A stretch of 36,745 nt of DNA from an uncultured Methylobacillus sp. (GTDB lineage Bacteria; Pseudomonadota; Gammaproteobacteria; Burkholderiales; Methylophilaceae), in assembly GCA_964585105.1 (NCBI GenBank), contig CAZPCL010000001.1:1-36745 (forward strand), written 5' to 3'. Under the pieces are notes generated by a model. The model saw nothing but the letters and a program-made list of their open reading frames with translations, was not told the origin of the DNA and made no database searches. A program made the position numbers and the translations under genes. Positions 35,837 to 36,745 of this stretch are shown here, piece by piece. How positions within the stretch are numbered: the first letter of the stretch is position 1; the number at the start of each line of letters is the position of its first letter.

Positions 35837-36745
35837 ATGAGAAACCGTATCTTAATATATGGAATATTTATTTCAATTGGGATACATTTTATATTCTTAT
35901 CGAATATAAAATTGAATATTAAGAATCATAAAATTCTTGATATTCAATTAGTGCAAATGCCTCCAGAAATAAGTAAAGATAATTTAATCCCACAGAAAAA
36001 AATAAATAAAAAAGCCATTGAAAAATCTAAAAAAAGAAGTTTGAAAAGTAAAGGAAATATAAAAGAAGAAAAGATATATTGTAAGTTATGCGAACCGGTT
36101 GGAGATATTGATGAGCCAAACGAGGAGGCAATCTATGGGGAGTCAATAAAATCAATAGAAATGGTTTATAAAGTATTTCATGATCTTGGCCCAAATAAGG
36201 GTGCAATAAGTAAAATAAGACCATTTGGGGTTGATAGCCAAGTTAATATTAAAAATGAAAAAAAAACAATTTCAAAGGTTGGTAGTTTAGGAATTGACTA
36301 TAAAGTTAATATAAACAATTATGAAATTTATTATGAAGCCAAGGCAGAAGGAATAAGTTCTTTTTTTTATTCAGAACCATTAATACAAAAAAGTAGAGGA
36401 TCAATAAATATAATAGGGTTGAGACCAGACTATTATTTGTATAGCCATGGAAAAAAGAAAACTTCAGAAGCATTTTTTGATTGGAAAAGTAAAACTCTAA
36501 TCATAAATAGGAAGGAAAGTAGCAATAAGTATGGTTTAATAAATCAGGCACAAGATCAGCTAAGTTTTATGTTCCAATTTATGTTCTTAGATCCATTAAA
36601 TATAATGCAAATACCAATAACTAATGCTAAAGTTTTTAAAATTTATAATTATCACTATATTGATGAAGTTAATATAGATACTGAATTAGGAAATCTTGAT
36701 GTGCTGCATGTAGCAAAATTTAATTATCAGAGTCCAGAAAGAATC
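35837..36745 (+). CDS. Second DUF3108-like protein with N-terminal membrane anchor and Lys-rich linker, 3'-truncated by the window edge (missing from the ORF track)
   Basis: Open frame from ATG 35837 to the end (303 codons): MRNRILIYGIFISIGIHFIFL...YEIYYEAKAEG...QKSRGSINIIGLRPDYY...FFDW...QAQDQLSFMFQF. Confidence 0.75.
   Translation, partial: MRNRILIYGIFISIGIHFIFLSNIKLNIKNHKILDIQLVQMPPEISKDNLIPQKKINKKAIEKSKKRSLKSKGNIKEEKIYCKLCEPVGDIDEPNEEAIYGESIKSIEMVYKVFHDLGPNKGAISKIRPFGVDSQVNIKNEKKTISKVGSLGIDYKVNINNYEIYYEAKAEGISSFFYSEPLIQKSRGSINIIGLRPDYYLYSHGKKKTSEAFFDWKSKTLIINRKESSNKYGLINQAQDQLSFMFQFMFLDPLNIMQIPITNAKVFKIYNYHYIDEVNIDTELGNLDVLHVAKFNYQSPERI

Noticed and set aside
588-36224. Short alternative ORFs in the track (e.g. 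588-770, 2085-2300, 4676-5005, 6338-6907, 10752-11075, 16688-17374, 25175-25624, 30950-31228, 36027-36224)
   Set aside because: They lie antisense to well-supported genes, with Ile/Ser/Phe-rich shadow composition and no recognisable motifs.
35837-36745. Apparent non-coding gap or pseudogene at the window end
   Set aside because: Manual translation shows an uninterrupted + strand frame, missing from the track only because its stop lies outside the window.
1-36745. Poly-A/T runs of 8-10 nt as phase-variation or frameshift sites
   Set aside because: Ubiquitous Lys/Phe codon runs expected at this composition, and all affected frames are intact.
1-36745. tRNA/rRNA, riboswitches, CRISPR arrays, IS elements, prophage or anti-phage defence genes
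   Set aside because: Spacers are all under about 180 bp and AT-rich with no repeat arrays or structured GC-rich segments, and no ORF shows transposase, integrase or defence motifs. A covariance-model scan would be needed to exclude small RNAs fully.

Overview
A very AT-rich, extremely compact stretch of core chromosome with many overlapping start/stop codons. Gene content and order point to a streamlined betaproteobacterium, most consistent with Methylophilaceae such as OM43/Methylopumilus (an inference, not a database result). Order: metF (5'-truncated) >< smg; def-fmt-rsmB-DUF4390-ntrY-ntrX; a ~9.7 kb minus-strand run kdsD-lptC-lptA-lptB-rpoN-hpf-EIIA(Man-type)-ptsH-ptsI-prlC-xth; a CPA2/Kef-type antiporter and thiO, translationally coupled into a ~10 kb surface-glycan/LPS cluster; moaC <> bepA-ahpC >< hda <> purM; and two tandem DUF3108-like genes, the last cut by the window end. 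The glycan cluster holds an ELM1/GtrOC1-family protein, a divergent GT-B protein, two GT4, a stand-alone GINT1-N-like beta-propeller, two GT9, an O-antigen ligase, a GT25 and an HtrB/LpxL-like acyltransferase. I see no rRNA, tRNA, CRISPR, transposase, phage or defence genes. The best candidate for an uncharacterised system is the glycan cluster. Smaller points of interest: a probable ATT start for prlC, a hairpin inside the hda coding sequence just after ahpC, an OxyR-like site, a G8 tract in the antiporter, a degenerate NtrX AAA+ domain near an intact rpoN, and clean absences of usual neighbours (kdsC, ptsN/hprK/rapZ, dprA, purN).
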